From NCBI RefSeq assembly GCF_006345805.1, contig NC_043010.1, positions 59,582,001 through 59,646,000 of the forward strand: a stretch of DNA of 64,000 nt, read 5' to 3'. Below, in pieces: positions 24,879 through 39,368 of this stretch (positions are counted from its first letter, which is position 1; every line of letters begins with the position of its first letter). The notes beneath the pieces are model-generated. The model did not search any database. It saw only the letters and a list, made by a program, of their open reading frames with translations, and was not told where the DNA came from. Source of the stretch: Octopus sinensis (taxonomy: Eukaryota). Made by a program: the position numbers and the translations under genes.

Positions 24879-26299
24879 GTAAGCTTCATTATTGATATTT
24901 TCATAAATATCCACCTAATTACACTTTTATATATTCTTTTAATTACAGTTTTCATAATTACATTTTCAAATGTTATTTACATATTCTTTATCCAACAATG
25001 CTTGTATAATGTTTAAAATACTTTATTTTCAACTTTAGTATATATGTGATAATGCATTTTTAGAATTTTATTGCTATGTAAGTTTAGTTAAGAGATTGTT
25101 ATTCCTAATATTTTATGTTGCTCATCTACACCAATGAATGGTATGTTTGTGTTTTGTGGTTGACTAACTACATTCAGCATTTGAATAAAGATGGTGGCAT
25201 ATAAATACACTAGTTTTTTTTTTTGTTTCTTGTTAATGGTTTGATCTGGAGGTCAGAGGTCAGTGTTGTGTCCATGACCTTTACAGGAACTCCATTACAA
25301 TTTAGTTTAGTGAAGTGTTAGTCCAAGCTGATGACTGATGGAAAAGCACGGGTTGGGACAAAAATGAAAGGGGAACTGTGTTTTGTAACAGAAGAAGTGG
25401 ATAAATGGTTACTGTAGGCCCATGAAAACCGACTGTATGAATAAGTAGAGCAGTCAGAATGAGTGAGAAGGTTGGTCTGAAGTAGAAGTGATACAAAAAT
25501 GTTGAGTTCTGAGACAGTGTGTCCATTATAGTAAAAGTAGAAAAGGCAGAGTGAAGAGCTGCAGAACAATGCTGGTGATGTCCGGAACATGTTTGTCCTG
25601 CTTATATCAGCTGCAGCCATTTACTGGCTGTGCTAGAAATAGAAGTTTGAATGCTGATATATGAAAAGATCAGATGATCACAGAAGACAATACTTTACCA
25701 TATTTCACCGTATTTCATTGACCTCTGTTTGTCAGAATATACCACATGGTCCCCAGCAATACAGAGATATGGATTTGTAGATCATGACTATTTCATTCTT
25801 TTTCAGATGTAGTATTTCAAGGACTACTTCCTATTTTTAGACTATAGGAAATGTTTTTTAAGGGAGCTATTTATTGTAGGCTGAGTGCTCAACTAGTGGG
25901 CCCCCTCATTTGTTTGTCTCTCTTGGAAGCTGTTTTTAAAACTCTCCAAGTTACCACAAATATTGGACCTTTCATTCTTTAATTTCCAATGGCAGCTTCA
26001 CATTGATAGCATTGCCAGACCTGCATTGACCCTCTGTAAAGCTTCAATGTGACCAACATTGGAGTACTGTTACGTCCCACACAAACATCCTAGATCATTG
26101 TACTTCATTTTTCATTTATGTTAAATTGTTAATACTTCACTGTGGTATCTTTTATTGATAATAGGTAATTATGTTAATTATTTCTTCTCTTTACTTGAGA
26201 TGTAATTTTAATTATCCAGCATTCCTTAACTCACCACCTTCAGTATTTCAACCTAACTTCAAGAATTTTTAAAGAAGTTTTTTGTAGTGATCAGTGAAT

Positions 26300-26515
26300 A
26301 TTCTTTTCTACTTTAGGCACAAGGCCCTAAATTTTGTGGGGAGGGGGCCAGTCAATTAGATCAATCCCAGTACACAACTGGTACTTAATTTTTCGACCCC
26401 AAAAGGATGAAAGGCAAAGTCGACCGTGACAGAATTTGAACTCAGAATGTAAAGTCTGACAAAATACTGCTAAGCATTTTGCCCGATGTGCTGACGATTC
26501 TGCCAGCTCACTGCC
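26300..26515 (-). mobile_element. SINE family A copy
   Basis: 'cgaccccaaaaggatgaaaggcaaagtcgac...gaatttgaactcag...gattctgccagct' is the reverse complement of 20-215. Confidence 0.8.
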
Positions 26516-26821
26516 TTGTGATCTGTGGCTATTAATTCAGCAATGCACTACAACTTCTTCATTACAGATGTATTATTTCTTTCTTTTTTGGTTACTAAAC
26601 ACCATGAACTCTTTCTATGAATAACTTGCTGAAAACTCACTCCATTGTGATCCACACAAGAAATCCCCTTTTACTTAGTCCCAAACTGTAACTATGGTCT
26701 CATCATCTTTATCTGACCCTAACCACATACCCTAACCGTTACACCCCAGTAAGCATCCAGAATTCCCAAATGTTTTTCTTAAACAAATCAAGTCGTTTTT
26801 GTTTTTTGTTTTCTCTAACAG

Positions 26822-26975
26822 CAGAAATACAGTCAACCGATTGAGGTGACATCTTATGGAGACAACAGACCATCTTCTCACTATCCCACCGACACATTGA
26901 CCAGTCGTAAGAGCAGTGGACAGTGCTGGAGTGAGCGGTCAAGCAGACAGTATGAAGAAATACCAGCAATGTCAG
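26822..26975 (+). CDS. Protocadherin unit 3, exon 3
   Basis: 154-nt conserved exon with ag/gt boundaries. Confidence 0.92.
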
Positions 26976-27314
26976 GTAAAACAATTGCATTTATCCCTCT
27001 TAATTGGTGTGTTTATCATTTATCCCATTGATATATCTGGGAGTGAAGTCTAAACAAACACCAGGATTTTGAGGACTTCCAAAATGTTATTTCTAATAGT
27101 TTTATCACTATGAATTAAATTTATAAATTAAAAGTGTAAATCTATTTTTATTTATTAGTTAATTGTCACGTAATATGCTCAAGATTGTATAGGTCTAATC
27201 GTATAGTGAGGTATTGATCCCATTATAATAGTTATTTTGTAGAGCACTTAATATAAAAGAAGGAACTGTTGACTAAAGTCAGTCAGTGAATATCCATTGA
27301 TATATATGTTTCAG

Positions 27315-27436
27315 GAATCTATGGTGGTGCCCCACCCGATGTATCAAGCACCAGTGAGAGAGACCATTACCAAGACAGATATGTGAAACCTCCAGAGAGA
27401 CAGTTACCTTCAACACCAGATGTTGTTGTCAGTTAA
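27315..27436 (+). CDS. Protocadherin unit 3, exon 4
   Basis: Conserved last exon ending VVVS*. Confidence 0.92.
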
Positions 27437-27870
27437 GTGAGACTGAGAAAGGAACACAACAGAAATAATATCACCTTCAACATTCACACAACATTTAAAA
27501 ACAACAGAATTATATTAGTTAGTTAATAATATTGCCCACATATGACTGAATATCTTTGTATGTGTTTCACACAAAGTATTTGAAATGTGTACATCTGGGG
27601 TAGGTTTCTGCAGATAAAACCGATATAGCATCAATTGTTCTGATTAATCAATTCACAACACTCTATTGTTAGGTAAACGAAAGGTAAATGCAATATTGGA
27701 AGAAATCACTGATCTATATTCCTCCCAGTGAAGTAAAGTTTGACATTAAAAAATGTTTTCAAGAAATTAATATCAACAACTTTATGATGTAAAATGCCTC
27801 CATTACATTTTAAATATAAATATAGTTTACATGACAGCCTTAAATTTGCTAAAAAGGAGATTTAGTTTAG

Positions 27871-28390
27871 AATTAGGTCAGACACACACACTAACTGTTA
27901 TTGTCAATATTCTGTTTATATTTTAAATTACACACACATTAACAACATCAGCCATATTTTGTTAATATAACCTCTCTGTTCTAAGGATTTCTATGTCAGT
28001 CTCTCTCCACATCAGACATGTTGGTGTTATATAGACTTATCATGGCTGACTGTTAGTGGAGCTGATAGTGTGTTGTCCCTCTCTTTTCATTGTGAGGGAA
28101 AACACATCAAGTCTGAGTGAGGCTGGAGTGAGCATCACCCATCTCTCCTCCTCTCTCTGTCTGTTTGTCTCTCTCTCACTCACACCCATGCACACACTCA
28201 CTAAACACCACCCATCCACAAAGGAAGACTGAGAGGGAACTGCTGGTTCCCACTGACTCACCACCAACACTATTCCATCAACATGAAGCCATTGTCACAC
28301 CATAGCAGCAGTGACACAGACAACCATTAACAACAGAACATTGGGACCAAGTCACACTTTATACAACAAAGGATTTTACACACAATGAAG
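27871..28390 (+). promoter_or_regulatory. Conserved promoter and non-coding exon 1 of unit 4
   Basis: Same conserved block ending ATGAAG|gtaagt. Confidence 0.8.
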
Positions 28391-28869
28391 GTAAGTTTAT
28401 TGTTCCATATTATTTATTCAAATTACATGAAATAATGATTTCATATGTAGCCTTCCTGTAATATCAAAATGTAATATTCTGTTGGTGGCCATATTAGATT
28501 TTTGTTAGTTCATTGTTAATGCCTTCTCTTCAAACATGGCTATCCAAGCATTTTGCTAACAGTTATATTAAAAGAAAAGTCTTTTTTGGAATATAATGTC
28601 CATGACTTTAATATATTTGTATATTATATATTTTTGAATGTCACTAGGTCTTCCTGTATTCAGTAGATTTTTAAAAATTCTTAACTAGTTCCTCAATCCT
28701 TATATTCTGATAGATTGAAATAGGCATTTTACAGGAATTATTTTGAAATATCTTGGTAGCAGAATATTTACATTTGCAAATAAATTATGGAAATGATATG
28801 ATAAAACATATAGGAAATTCTTACCAAATATGTAATATTATCAATAAAGAAAAATATTAATTAAATATA

Positions 28870-28901
<32 letters not shown>

Positions 28902-29830
28902 GTAGAAACAGAAATAGAAAGTCCTTCATACAGTATTATATATTTGAAGAAATGAATAGAATTGGCATTTCTGATGATTTTTCCACTTGGATAATTAGTT
29001 GTTTATAAGTTATAAAATATCACCTTTTCATAAACACTTAATAACTTATGAACATCTAATTATTAAAGTGGAACAATTATCATAGAAGCCATTTCTATTA
29101 TGTTTTTAAGCATTGAGCCTTATGGAGGCAGTGTCAGTGAAACCTTTGGCAGTATTCTGTGCTTGTGAAGACCTGTCAAGTCAAGTGAGATCGTAATCGT
29201 GGACGATACCGATGTCACGTCAATGGCACCTGTGCTGATGGTACATCGAAATCATCCACTATGCTCTTGGAGTGGGTGGCTTTAGGAAGGGCATCAAGCC
29301 ATAGGAAGGGTATTCAATCTAATCAGATTGGAACCTGGTGCAGCTCCCTAGCCTACCAGTTTAAAGTCACACCATCTAACCCATGCCATCATGGAAAACA
29401 GACATTAAATGATGATGATATATATTTATTGTAGTATATATTTCATCTGTTTTAGGTTATGTGAATGTGTGAGTTTCTCTGTATGATTGTGATTCTGTGT
29501 GTGTAATACATAAACTGTTGTTTCACTTTCACTCTTTACATTTATAAATGTTAATGGTATTATCTATCTTGATTTAATATTATCAAGCAATTGAATCAAA
29601 CATACTTTGATAACATTAAAAATTATTATTATGGTATTTATTAAAAGCTAATATTTTAATGATTTTCGTGTAAAATATGTTCTTTATTAATTTCTTAGTT
29701 TGGAGTTATTTAATTGTATTTTTCCGTATTTATGGAAAAAAAAGAAAGCCCCAATTTTTGTATGTTTTCTTTTCATTAAAATAACAATATAACTGTGACT
29801 AAATTAAATGTTAGTATCTGAAGTTTATAA

Positions 29831-30040
29831 GGTTGTGAGCTGGCAGAATCATTAGCACTCCAGACAAAATGCTTAGTGGCATTCTTCTTTTCATTCTGAG
29901 TTCAAATTCTGCTGAGGTTGACTTTGTCTTTTATCCTTTTGGGGTCAGTAAAATAAGTACCAGTTGAACTCTGGGGTTGATGTAATTGACTTACCTCTTC
30001 CTCAAAATTGCAGGCCTTGAGCCAGAATCTGAAGCCAATA
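29831..30040 (+). mobile_element. SINE family A copy
   Basis: Similar to 20-215 throughout. Confidence 0.75.
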
Positions 30041-32074
30041 TCTAAAGACTATTGATCCATGAATTAATCTTTTGGGTCAAATCAATATTAGCTTGGTATA
30101 TAATTTACTTCCAAGTAAATGGTTTCTATTATTTTGTCAGTTAAGCAGTTTCTTGTTTATATATTACATACTATACCTTCTCTATTCTCAAATACCCTTT
30201 ACATAATATTCTCATAGTATTCTCACATGGACATACATTTCTTGTACCATTGTTATTACCAACAAATTGAATGTGGTTTAAATACATATTTTATAATGAA
30301 TATCTCTTTTGGCAGAATTGTTGTAAGCCCATATTTCTGTCTTAATCCCTATCCTGTCCATGTCCTGAGTGTACACGAATTATTGTCTGTGTCTAACAAT
30401 GGTCTCATGGCTGTAATATTATATGTTATAAAGTGGTCTTTTTTTAAAACTGTGTCACATCAACAAATATGGTTCTATCAGTATTTAATGGAGATTATTA
30501 GAATTGTCAACTATTCACTCAAATGTACAAATACTTCCCTGCTTAAATAAGGAAGAATATATTTGTCAGTCTCTGCGTAAGATATTATGGTTATGTAATT
30601 TAGTTACATTACACCATCTAAACAGAAGAAGTGTTTTTAGCGCATTTGTAATAAAACAACTGAGTTTTATTTAAAGGAAAATTATTTCTTTTCCTATGGT
30701 AAGCATATTCAAGGGAGTGAACTCAATATTTACCGAATAAATGTTGTTTTATCTTCATTTATAATTTTTCATGAATTCTGTACGACTGTGTTCAAGTGTC
30801 GGCAGCTTACATTTTTTCTTTAAATTCATTAAAATATTTTACTGCATTGTGGCAAATAGCTGTTCATTTATAATGAATAAAGCTTTGAACAACAAAAATA
30901 AAATTAATTATAATTAAGACAAAAATATTTAAAAATTCAAGTAGTCTACTGAGGTGAGAATGAGATAAGAATGGTGAAATATCATGGCAGTTCTTAAGAA
31001 ATTTTTGTCATGTTTTGTGGAAATACAATTCTACAACTTTAAACTCTGTATTGAAATATTTGGTTATTTTTTTATAAGTGGGAAAGAAACCAAGTTGACC
31101 TTGAGGAATTTATGTTTCTCAAAGATTATATTTGTTTGTCTTATAAGAATAAACCTGTTATATCATATGAATTAAATTTTCAATATTATTATTATTACCT
31201 TCTTTTTGCAAAGATAATCTCAGTGAACTCTCTATATCATATATGTGAGATTCTACTGTATGTGCATTTGTCTTGCAAATTGCTCTCTTGAGGTATTTTC
31301 CTTCAGTACTATAACTGATATTCATAATCAGGATCACTATTTCCCCCAACACTATACTTGATACCCCCCACTCCATTCGCATGCACACATGTATATCACG
31401 ACACATACACTGTTCACTTTCCTGACTTTTGTACATAATTCTATGTACTGTATATGCACCTTTGATGAGTTGTAGTGCACCTGAGCACTATACACAGGAA
31501 TTTCATTATTATATATATATAACATATTGATCATTTCTAACTTTTGGTAAATGAGCTCAGTACAGTATAGCTAAGGTTGAAACATGTCTGTTTGGTTCAC
31601 CACTTGGATTTAAAATCGAGACCCACTGCAAGCTATATTATAATCTTCTAAAACAGGTCAATGAGCTAATACTGTTTTAGGTGCTTCCATGATATCTGAT
31701 ATCCCTGTAGATGTTCAGCCCTTCTTGAGAGATTTTCTGTCTTGTAATGGCAAGTATAATCTCAATAAACAGAACTTTTACAAAATTACAATATATTACA
31801 TATGTAAGACTCTGCTGTATGAGTATTTTGTAAGCAGATGAGTTTATCCCTGAGGCACTTTCTGTCAATCCTATTTTTGATGTTTCACCAAGAAAAAGAG
31901 ATTATTTTGTAAAAGTAAATAATTTTCTCTCACATTAATGTAATGTCTTTGTTTAATATATTAATTTCTTTAGAAATCATTATATCTCCCTATTATAAGC
32001 TATATATTTATCTTCCAGATTAATAATGTGAAAATACCATGTTCTTGGACACTGTTTTAACATCAAGACTAAAG

Positions 32075-34432
32075 ATGCAGTTATTTCTTTGTGTTTTACT
32101 GACTTTCTTCCATTGTTATGCAAGTGAAGATATCACATACCATGTTAAAGAAGAGAATATTCCTCATACCTATGTAGGGGACATTGCTATTGACTTACAG
32201 AAATCAGACAGCTCCTTCTTAAAGAATAAGGATTTAATTACATTTAGTCAACTGCAACAAAAGGGAGAACAGTTGTTCAATGTGACGAGAACAGGTAAAC
32301 TGTACACTGTTGAGACATTGGATGCTGAGTCTGTGTGTAGTTATGAGAAAGAATGTTTTGAAATCGTTAAAGTTGCAGTTCACAAATCCAAGACATTTAT
32401 GAAGATCTTAAAGATTAAAGTTATCATAGAAGACATCAATGACCACCAACCTGAGTTTCCAACTGAAGAAGTCAACATTCAGTTTTCAGAGAGAGATGGT
32501 AAAGGAGCAAAACTATCAATACCCAATGCTGTTGATAAAGATATGGGTCATAAGAACAGCTTGGTAACATATGAATTAAGAAATGATGACAGTTACTTTT
32601 CATTATTAATTGCCAAACAAGCTCATGAAATATCAACATTAGGAATTATTTTAGAAGAGAAATTAGACAGAGAGAAGAAAGACAATTATGATATTGAAGT
32701 CATTGCTAAAGATGGAGGAACTCCACCAAAAAAATCCATTTTAAATGTTAAAATATCTGTAAAAGATGAAAATGATAATCCACCACAATTTTCCCAAAGT
32801 ATCTACAATGTCTCTATAGAACATAAACATAAAAAGAATATTCCAGTTGTCACAGTATCTGCCAGTGATTTAGACATTGGCAGGAATGGTAAAATATCTT
32901 ATTATTTCAGTAGAAAGACTGCAGAAAAAATGAAGAGAAACTTTAATTTAGATGAAAGTACTGGGAAATTGTATTTAGCTACATCTTCAAAAATCGATAA
33001 GGATGAGTCTTTTAAATTATACATCGAAGCCAGAGATGATGGCAGTCCTCCTCTTAGTTCCATAGCAATGATTCAGATAAATGTTATTAATGAACACAAC
33101 AATCCCCCAAATATTGATGTGAACTTTATTTCTACACAGAATCACAACACAGCTACCATTCTGGAAGACATCAAAGTTGGTAGTTTCATTGCTTATGTGA
33201 TGGTCACTGACAATGATGTTGGACACAATGGAGAGGTGAACTGTCATATCAAAGACGACACATTCAAACTACAGTCAATGGGATCGAAGGAATATAAAAT
33301 AGTTCTAAAGAAAGCAGTAGACAGAGAGACACAGGAACATTATCACTTTACTGTGTCGTGTGAAGATAAAGGATTACCTGCTCTGAAAACTGATAAAGAT
33401 CTGTCAATCCAAGTGTTGGATGTGAATGATGTAGAACCACACTTTACGAAAGACACATTCAAGTTCCTTACCTATGAGAATGACAAAGCTAATTTCCCTA
33501 TTGGCTTTATCAATGCTACAGACCCAGATATTGGTAAGGGAGGTGAATTGTCTTATTCTCTGAGAAATAAACAGCAATATCGTCTGCCATTCCAGATTAT
33601 CAACTCTGGCTTTATTTCAACAAACCAGTCTTTAGACAGAGAACACAGAGATTTCTATGAGTTTGAGGTTTTTGTGAAAGACAATGGAAGCCCATCTCTG
33701 AATAACACAGTGAATGTTGAAGTGGAAGTATTGGATAGAAATGATAATGCTCCATATTTTACATTTCCTAGTGTTGACCCTTTCACTCTTAATGTCCACT
33801 ATCATCCGCAAAGTAAGAACGACATCACAGTTCTGAAAGCATCTGATATAGACAGTCACATGAATGCTTTTCTCAGGTATGAAATCGTTTCAGGTAACGA
33901 GAGACAGTTATTCAAACTGGACTCGTTCACTGGTGTGTTATCTTACTCTCGCACAGTTTACCAAAATGATGCCGGATCATATGAGCTTGAGTTTGTTGTG
34001 AAAGACAGTGGTACTCCAGTTCTGTCAGCAACAACTAGTGTGTCTTTGACACTGACTGTTAGTAACAAGACGTCACCAATGTTCACAGCTGTGCACCTAC
34101 CAAGTGATAACACAATAGATGCGACATTGTTGATTATCATTGTAGTAGCAGCTGTGATAGTATCTATAGCTATTGTGGTTTCTATAACCCTGTGTATTGT
34201 GAGATGTAACAATGTGAGAAATAGCTCATCTGAAAGAACAGCAGAAGAGAAACAGGCATACCAATGTCGCAATGAGATGAGACAGTTGATCTATCAAGGT
34301 AACAACAGTGTACCTGTGATGTCGGGTAATCGAGGAGAGATGTCAGACAGATATGGTCATTCAAGGAGCCATTACTATCCTGAAGACTGGAAGACATCGA
34401 CAATGAGCAGAAGTTTACCAAAAAGTATGAAG
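32075..34432 (+). CDS. Protocadherin unit 4, exon 2
   Basis: Acceptor tccag|32019; ATG homologous to the other units at 32075 (in-frame ATG at 32039 also possible); donor AAG|gtatgt. Confidence 0.96.
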
Positions 34433-35787
34433 GTATGTGTCTATAATTACTATATTCATATTTTTTATTCTATTAAATATCATAGTTTTTATAAGTATAT
34501 ATATATATATTTTTATAATGATTTTACTTAACATTATGTCAGTAATTGTTATAGAAAAGGTATATAACTTATTTTAAATGCCAGAAACATGTTATCATGC
34601 TCTAGTGAATTATGAAACGATTGAAGTTCACTGCCAGATCTTGTCTCTTAATTATAAGTTCTGTTACTTAGCTACACCTCTCTCCTTTGATAATGCTTAG
34701 TATTGAGCAACTTTACACATTACTTTTCTGTCTTTTTTATTATTGGCAAATACATGCATTATAATCATTGACCAAACTACATTGCACATTTAAACATCAT
34801 ACTACAATAGATATAACTGCACAGTTGTTTTTGTTGTACTGGCTTCACTTGAAGGTAGCTGCTGTGTCCATGTTCTTCACAGGTATTCTCTTACAAATGG
34901 TGTCAATGCAGTGTATTTTCTTGAGCAATAGCAAATTGATGACACCAGGAAATACTTGGATAGGGATAGTTCCATGGGGAAAGATGTCTTGAAGAATTGG
35001 ATACAGTGGTTGGAGTAGAGCCCAGGAAGGCAGACAATATGAATGACTTGGGGAGGAGAGATGAATTTGGTGAACAATGCTTGAGGTAGCACAAGACTAA
35101 CCAGCTTTTTAAAGCTGAGGACAGGATCGGATGAGACCACATAAAAGTGGTTGTTGTTGGAAGTGATGGTAGGTAGTTTATTGATATACAGAAGGAAGTG
35201 TATGTAGGAAGTGCATCAAAATTGAGAGTGTTTCTCAGAATTCAACTCCCTCGATTTATGCTGTGATGGTGCAATTTGACAAGGAGTTTCATATCCAAGA
35301 CATGAAAGATAGATGGAAGTAGTTTTGCTTGAAAATTTGCACACCACACATAGTCAAATTCTTAGCTAATGTCAAGTGCGACCTTTCTCCAAATTATTCA
35401 AGGGTAAGGACTTACCTGCAGAGCAGATCTCCAGTAGTGGCTTTATGGAAACTACATTTATAGGGTAGAGAGAGGTGTTGCAGATTGTGGTTGTTTGTGA
35501 TTGTCTCCATCTTTTGTTGAGATGCTGAAAGTTCTAGTTGGTCAGTATATGGGTGGTAGGTTGTGTGAAACATGATCAAATATAAAGGAAATTGACACAA
35601 ATATTTGTTATGCATAAGTGTTGTTGCATATTTGAAGCAATAATTTTTAAGAATGTCAAAATATTCCAGACAAAACTTGAAAATCATTATCAAAGAATAG
35701 ATATAAGGTTATTGGTAAGATTAGTTCAGTTGTGAAATTTACAATATGGCATGAAATAAGTTTTGTGTGTGTTTTTTTATATAACAG

Positions 35788-35941
35788 CAGAAATACAGTC
35801 AACCAATTGAGGTGACATCTTATGGAGACAACAGACCATCTTCTCACTATCCCACCGACACATTGACCAGTCGTAAGAGCAGTGGACAGTGCTGGAGTGA
35901 GCGGTCAAGCAGACAGTATGAAGAAATACCAGCAATGTCAG
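35788..35941 (+). CDS. Protocadherin unit 4, exon 3
   Basis: 154-nt conserved exon with ag/gt boundaries. Confidence 0.92.
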
Positions 35942-38021
35942 GTAAAACAATGTTGTTCATTAACAATTGTTACTAATTCTTTTATAATGATTTAATGATA
36001 AAATGTTTGATTTCAACAACACAGACTTCAGCTTTCATTATTTCTATAAATATTCTTCTATGAATGACTTTTATAAGTTAAATGTTATCTTATGTGTCTA
36101 CACTGGTATAATGTTTTATAGTGTCTGCTTCACATGTATACATCACACTGAGATGTATCACTGTTCTAGAAATCATTTGTATAGAAGAGAATATCATTTG
36201 TGTGGTAGAGGGTATCATCTTTTATAGTGTGTGTATAAGACACACACAAGTCTCTCTGTGTCATCTAAACAGGTTTTGAGAAATGTATTTCACAGAATTA
36301 TAAATTAAAAGAAATTGGTCTTGACCTGTCAATGTGACATTTTCGTAAACATATGTCAAGATGCTAGTTTGCCTATATTATATTGCCGTTGCTTGACAAA
36401 ACTCATGTGAAATATCATTATGTAATTGTGACTGTGTATTTTAGAATTATCTTTCTCAAACATTGACAAAATATTTGCATGTTGCTTCACTATGTACATT
36501 TCATAAAGTTCTATATTGCCAGGATGGATGTGGCATTATGAATCCTTTTAGGGTTGTAAAGTTCTCATTCAGACTCAGTACATTTGAAATTTGTGAGATA
36601 TGTGCTTATGGGTAAAATAGAACTTAGTTTTACTGAAGTTGAACATTCTTATATCCAAAGATTATTAAGAAGAGAGAAAGAGAGAGACAGACAGACAGAC
36701 AGAGGCTGAGAGAAAGTGAGTGAGAGAGAGAGAAGAAAGAAATCAAGAATGTCTTTAGAAAAATATATCTTGTCAAAATAGCAGCCACTTTTCCCTCAAA
36801 TCACAGCCTGTCTTAAAAGTGGGAGGATACATCAGATAATGTAGTAAAGACATGAATTTATATAAATATATTCATCTATGTATTGATGTTATATAGTGTG
36901 TTGCTCTACTTAAATGATAGCCGTCTAATCATCTATTTAACAAAGTATCACATTTCTCGCCATTGATTGATATATGTTAATGAGTATAATAGAATCTTGG
37001 ATTTTAGTCAAGAAGGAAAGTAACCATTCAATTTTTCCCCTCTATTTATTTCAACAAGACCTTGGAAGAAATCAAAAATACTGAATAGAGCTATACATAC
37101 GTGCTAACAATATGCACTTAGTATATTTTGGTTTTAATAATGTTCATCATCATTGTCATCATCATCATTTATCATCCATGTTCCATGTTAGCAAGGGTTG
37201 AATGGTTCGACAAGGATCTGAGGAGTCAAAGGATTGCACCAAGCTCTGTTGTCTGCTTTGGCCTGATTTTTATGGCTGGATGTCCTTCCTAACACTAACA
37301 TTCTACAATGTGTATTGGATGCATTTTTTCATGCCACCACCACTATTGAGGGTATCATCTAACTCACAAGGCAGAAGATCTAGGGAGGGAGGATGTTGCT
37401 TCCATATGAGAGACGGTGGTTGAGGTGTGAGGGAAGAGGTTGGGATAGAACGAGATTTTGTTGTAGAGGAGCTACATTTAGGAGAGAGAGAGAGAGAGAG
37501 AGAATAGAGGAGACAGATGGTGGTGATGAGGTGACCAGGTGGCACCTCAGGTAGCTGGAGCAGTAGTGAGTGGGGGAATGGGGGTTTGCAAGAATGAATG
37601 GGAAAAGACATAGGGAAGGTGAGAAAGACAGACAGACAGACAATATCTGGAAAGAATGGAGAAAAGGTTGGGCAAGAAGGGTGCAGAATTTGAGAAGGCT
37701 GCAGGGCTACAGGAATGCTGGCAGTAGGTTAGTAATGATGCTGATGACAGGTGGGAGAAGAGAGATGATGTGTTGGGTAGATTGCAGGAGCAGAGTAGAG
37801 AGATTAAACCAAGGTAATGCATGAGGAGAGATTATTTGGTGGTCTGGAGAGGCGGGGATGGCCACTGAAACATTTGGTGTTGGAGAACAATTTAAATTAC
37901 TAATGGATGAAGAATGGCTAACAAGTGGGGTGATTCTGGGTAACATGAGAGAAAAGTGGGTTTGGGATGGGGGAAAGAGCTGTAGTACATGATATGGTGT
38001 GTGTGTGTGTGGGGTGGGGGA

Positions 38022-38054
<33 letters not shown>

Positions 38055-38315
38055 CGTGCGTGCATGCACGTACACATTTTTATTTTCAATAAGTGAACAA
38101 CTGGCTTATCTCCTTCAAGATATTTAATCAATGGATCACTGATCTGTTGAGAATTGGAAAGGATCTTAGGGATGCTCAAATGAAACCTTTTCTGATTATT
38201 TCACATCTTAATCCAGTGAATGTTTTGGATTGGAAATTTCTTATTGATGTCATTAAATACCTATTTATTATATAAACTGTGTGATAAATGTAGTTGGTAT
38301 ATGTGTGTGTTTCAG

Positions 38316-38437
38316 GAATCTATGGTGGTGCCCCACCCGATGTGTCAAGCACCAGTGAGAGAGACCATTACCAAGACAGATATGTGAAACCTCCAGAGAG
38401 ACAGTTACCTTCAACACCAGATGTTGTTGTCAGTTAA
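38316..38437 (+). CDS. Protocadherin unit 4, exon 4
   Basis: Conserved last exon ending VVVS*. Confidence 0.92.
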
Positions 38438-38850
38438 GTGAGGCTGAGAAAGGAACACAACAGAAATAATATCACCTTCAACATTCACACATTTAAAAAC
38501 AACAAAAACAAATTAGTTAATAATACTGCCTACATATGACTGGATATCCTCATGTGTTTCAGAAAATGTATTCTGTATTCAACTTGGCAAGGTTATCACA
38601 TGTGTAAAGCAAAATAACATCTTTAGATAATAATAATCTGTTTTAAGCTTTGTGAACAAAAGATAAAGCAAGTTTTATATAGAAGTATAAGTAAAGATTT
38701 CTCCTATAGAAATACAATTTAAGATTGAAAATGTCCATATTATAAATAAATCATATACTTATTGTTAATATATGAGTAAATATATTTCACATAATTTACA
38801 TATTAACTTTAAAATTTCCAAATATATTTTGTGTTGGAAAGTTAATTTGG

Positions 38851-39368
38851 AATTAGGTCAAACACCCTGAAACTGTTATTGTCAATATTGTATTTACATT
38901 TTAAATTACACACACATTAACAACATCAGCCATATTTTGTTAATATAACCTCTCTGTTCTAAGGATTTCTATGTCAGTCTCTCTCCACATCAGACATGTT
39001 GGTATTATATAGACTTATCATGGCTGACTGTTAGTGGAGCTGATTGTATGTAGTCTCTCTCTCTCTTTCTGTCTTTTCTGTGAGGGGAAACATAACATCT
39101 AATCTGAGTGAGGCTGGAGTGAGCATCACCCATCTCTCTTCCTCTCTCTGTCTCTCACTCACACCCATGCACACACTCACTAAACACCACCCATCCACAG
39201 AGGAAGACTCGAGAGGGAACTGCTGGTTCCCACTGACTCACCACCAACACTATTCCATCAACATGAAGCCATTGTCACACCATAGCAGCAGTGACACAGA
39301 CAACCATTAACAACAGAACATTGGGACCAAGTCACACTTTATACAACAAAGGATTTTACACAATGACG
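38851..39368 (+). promoter_or_regulatory. Conserved promoter and non-coding exon 1 of unit 5
   Basis: Same block; donor variant ATGACG|gtaagt. Confidence 0.8.

Noticed and set aside
24879-25016. Hydrophobic C-terminal extension of the unit-3 ORF that looks like a second TM (similar tails in other units)
   Set aside because: Read-through past the conserved splice donor into AT-rich intron; differs in every unit.
34860-35560. Possible LINE endonuclease/RT relic on the minus strand (also 25300-25640)
   Set aside because: Composition suggests decayed retroelement coding sequence, but no motif could be read with confidence; needs tBLASTn or RepeatMasker.
37380-38075. Cluster of overlapping ORFs in a purine-rich tract
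   Set aside because: Low-complexity GA/GT/CA sequence within a decayed repeat; translations are compositionally biased.
39044-39310. 87-88 aa ORFs over the exon 1 region (also 47403-47666, 60272-60535)
   Set aside because: Non-ATG or inconsistent starts, frames differ between units, and they cross CT/CA repeats; only the short MKPLSHH uORF is conserved.
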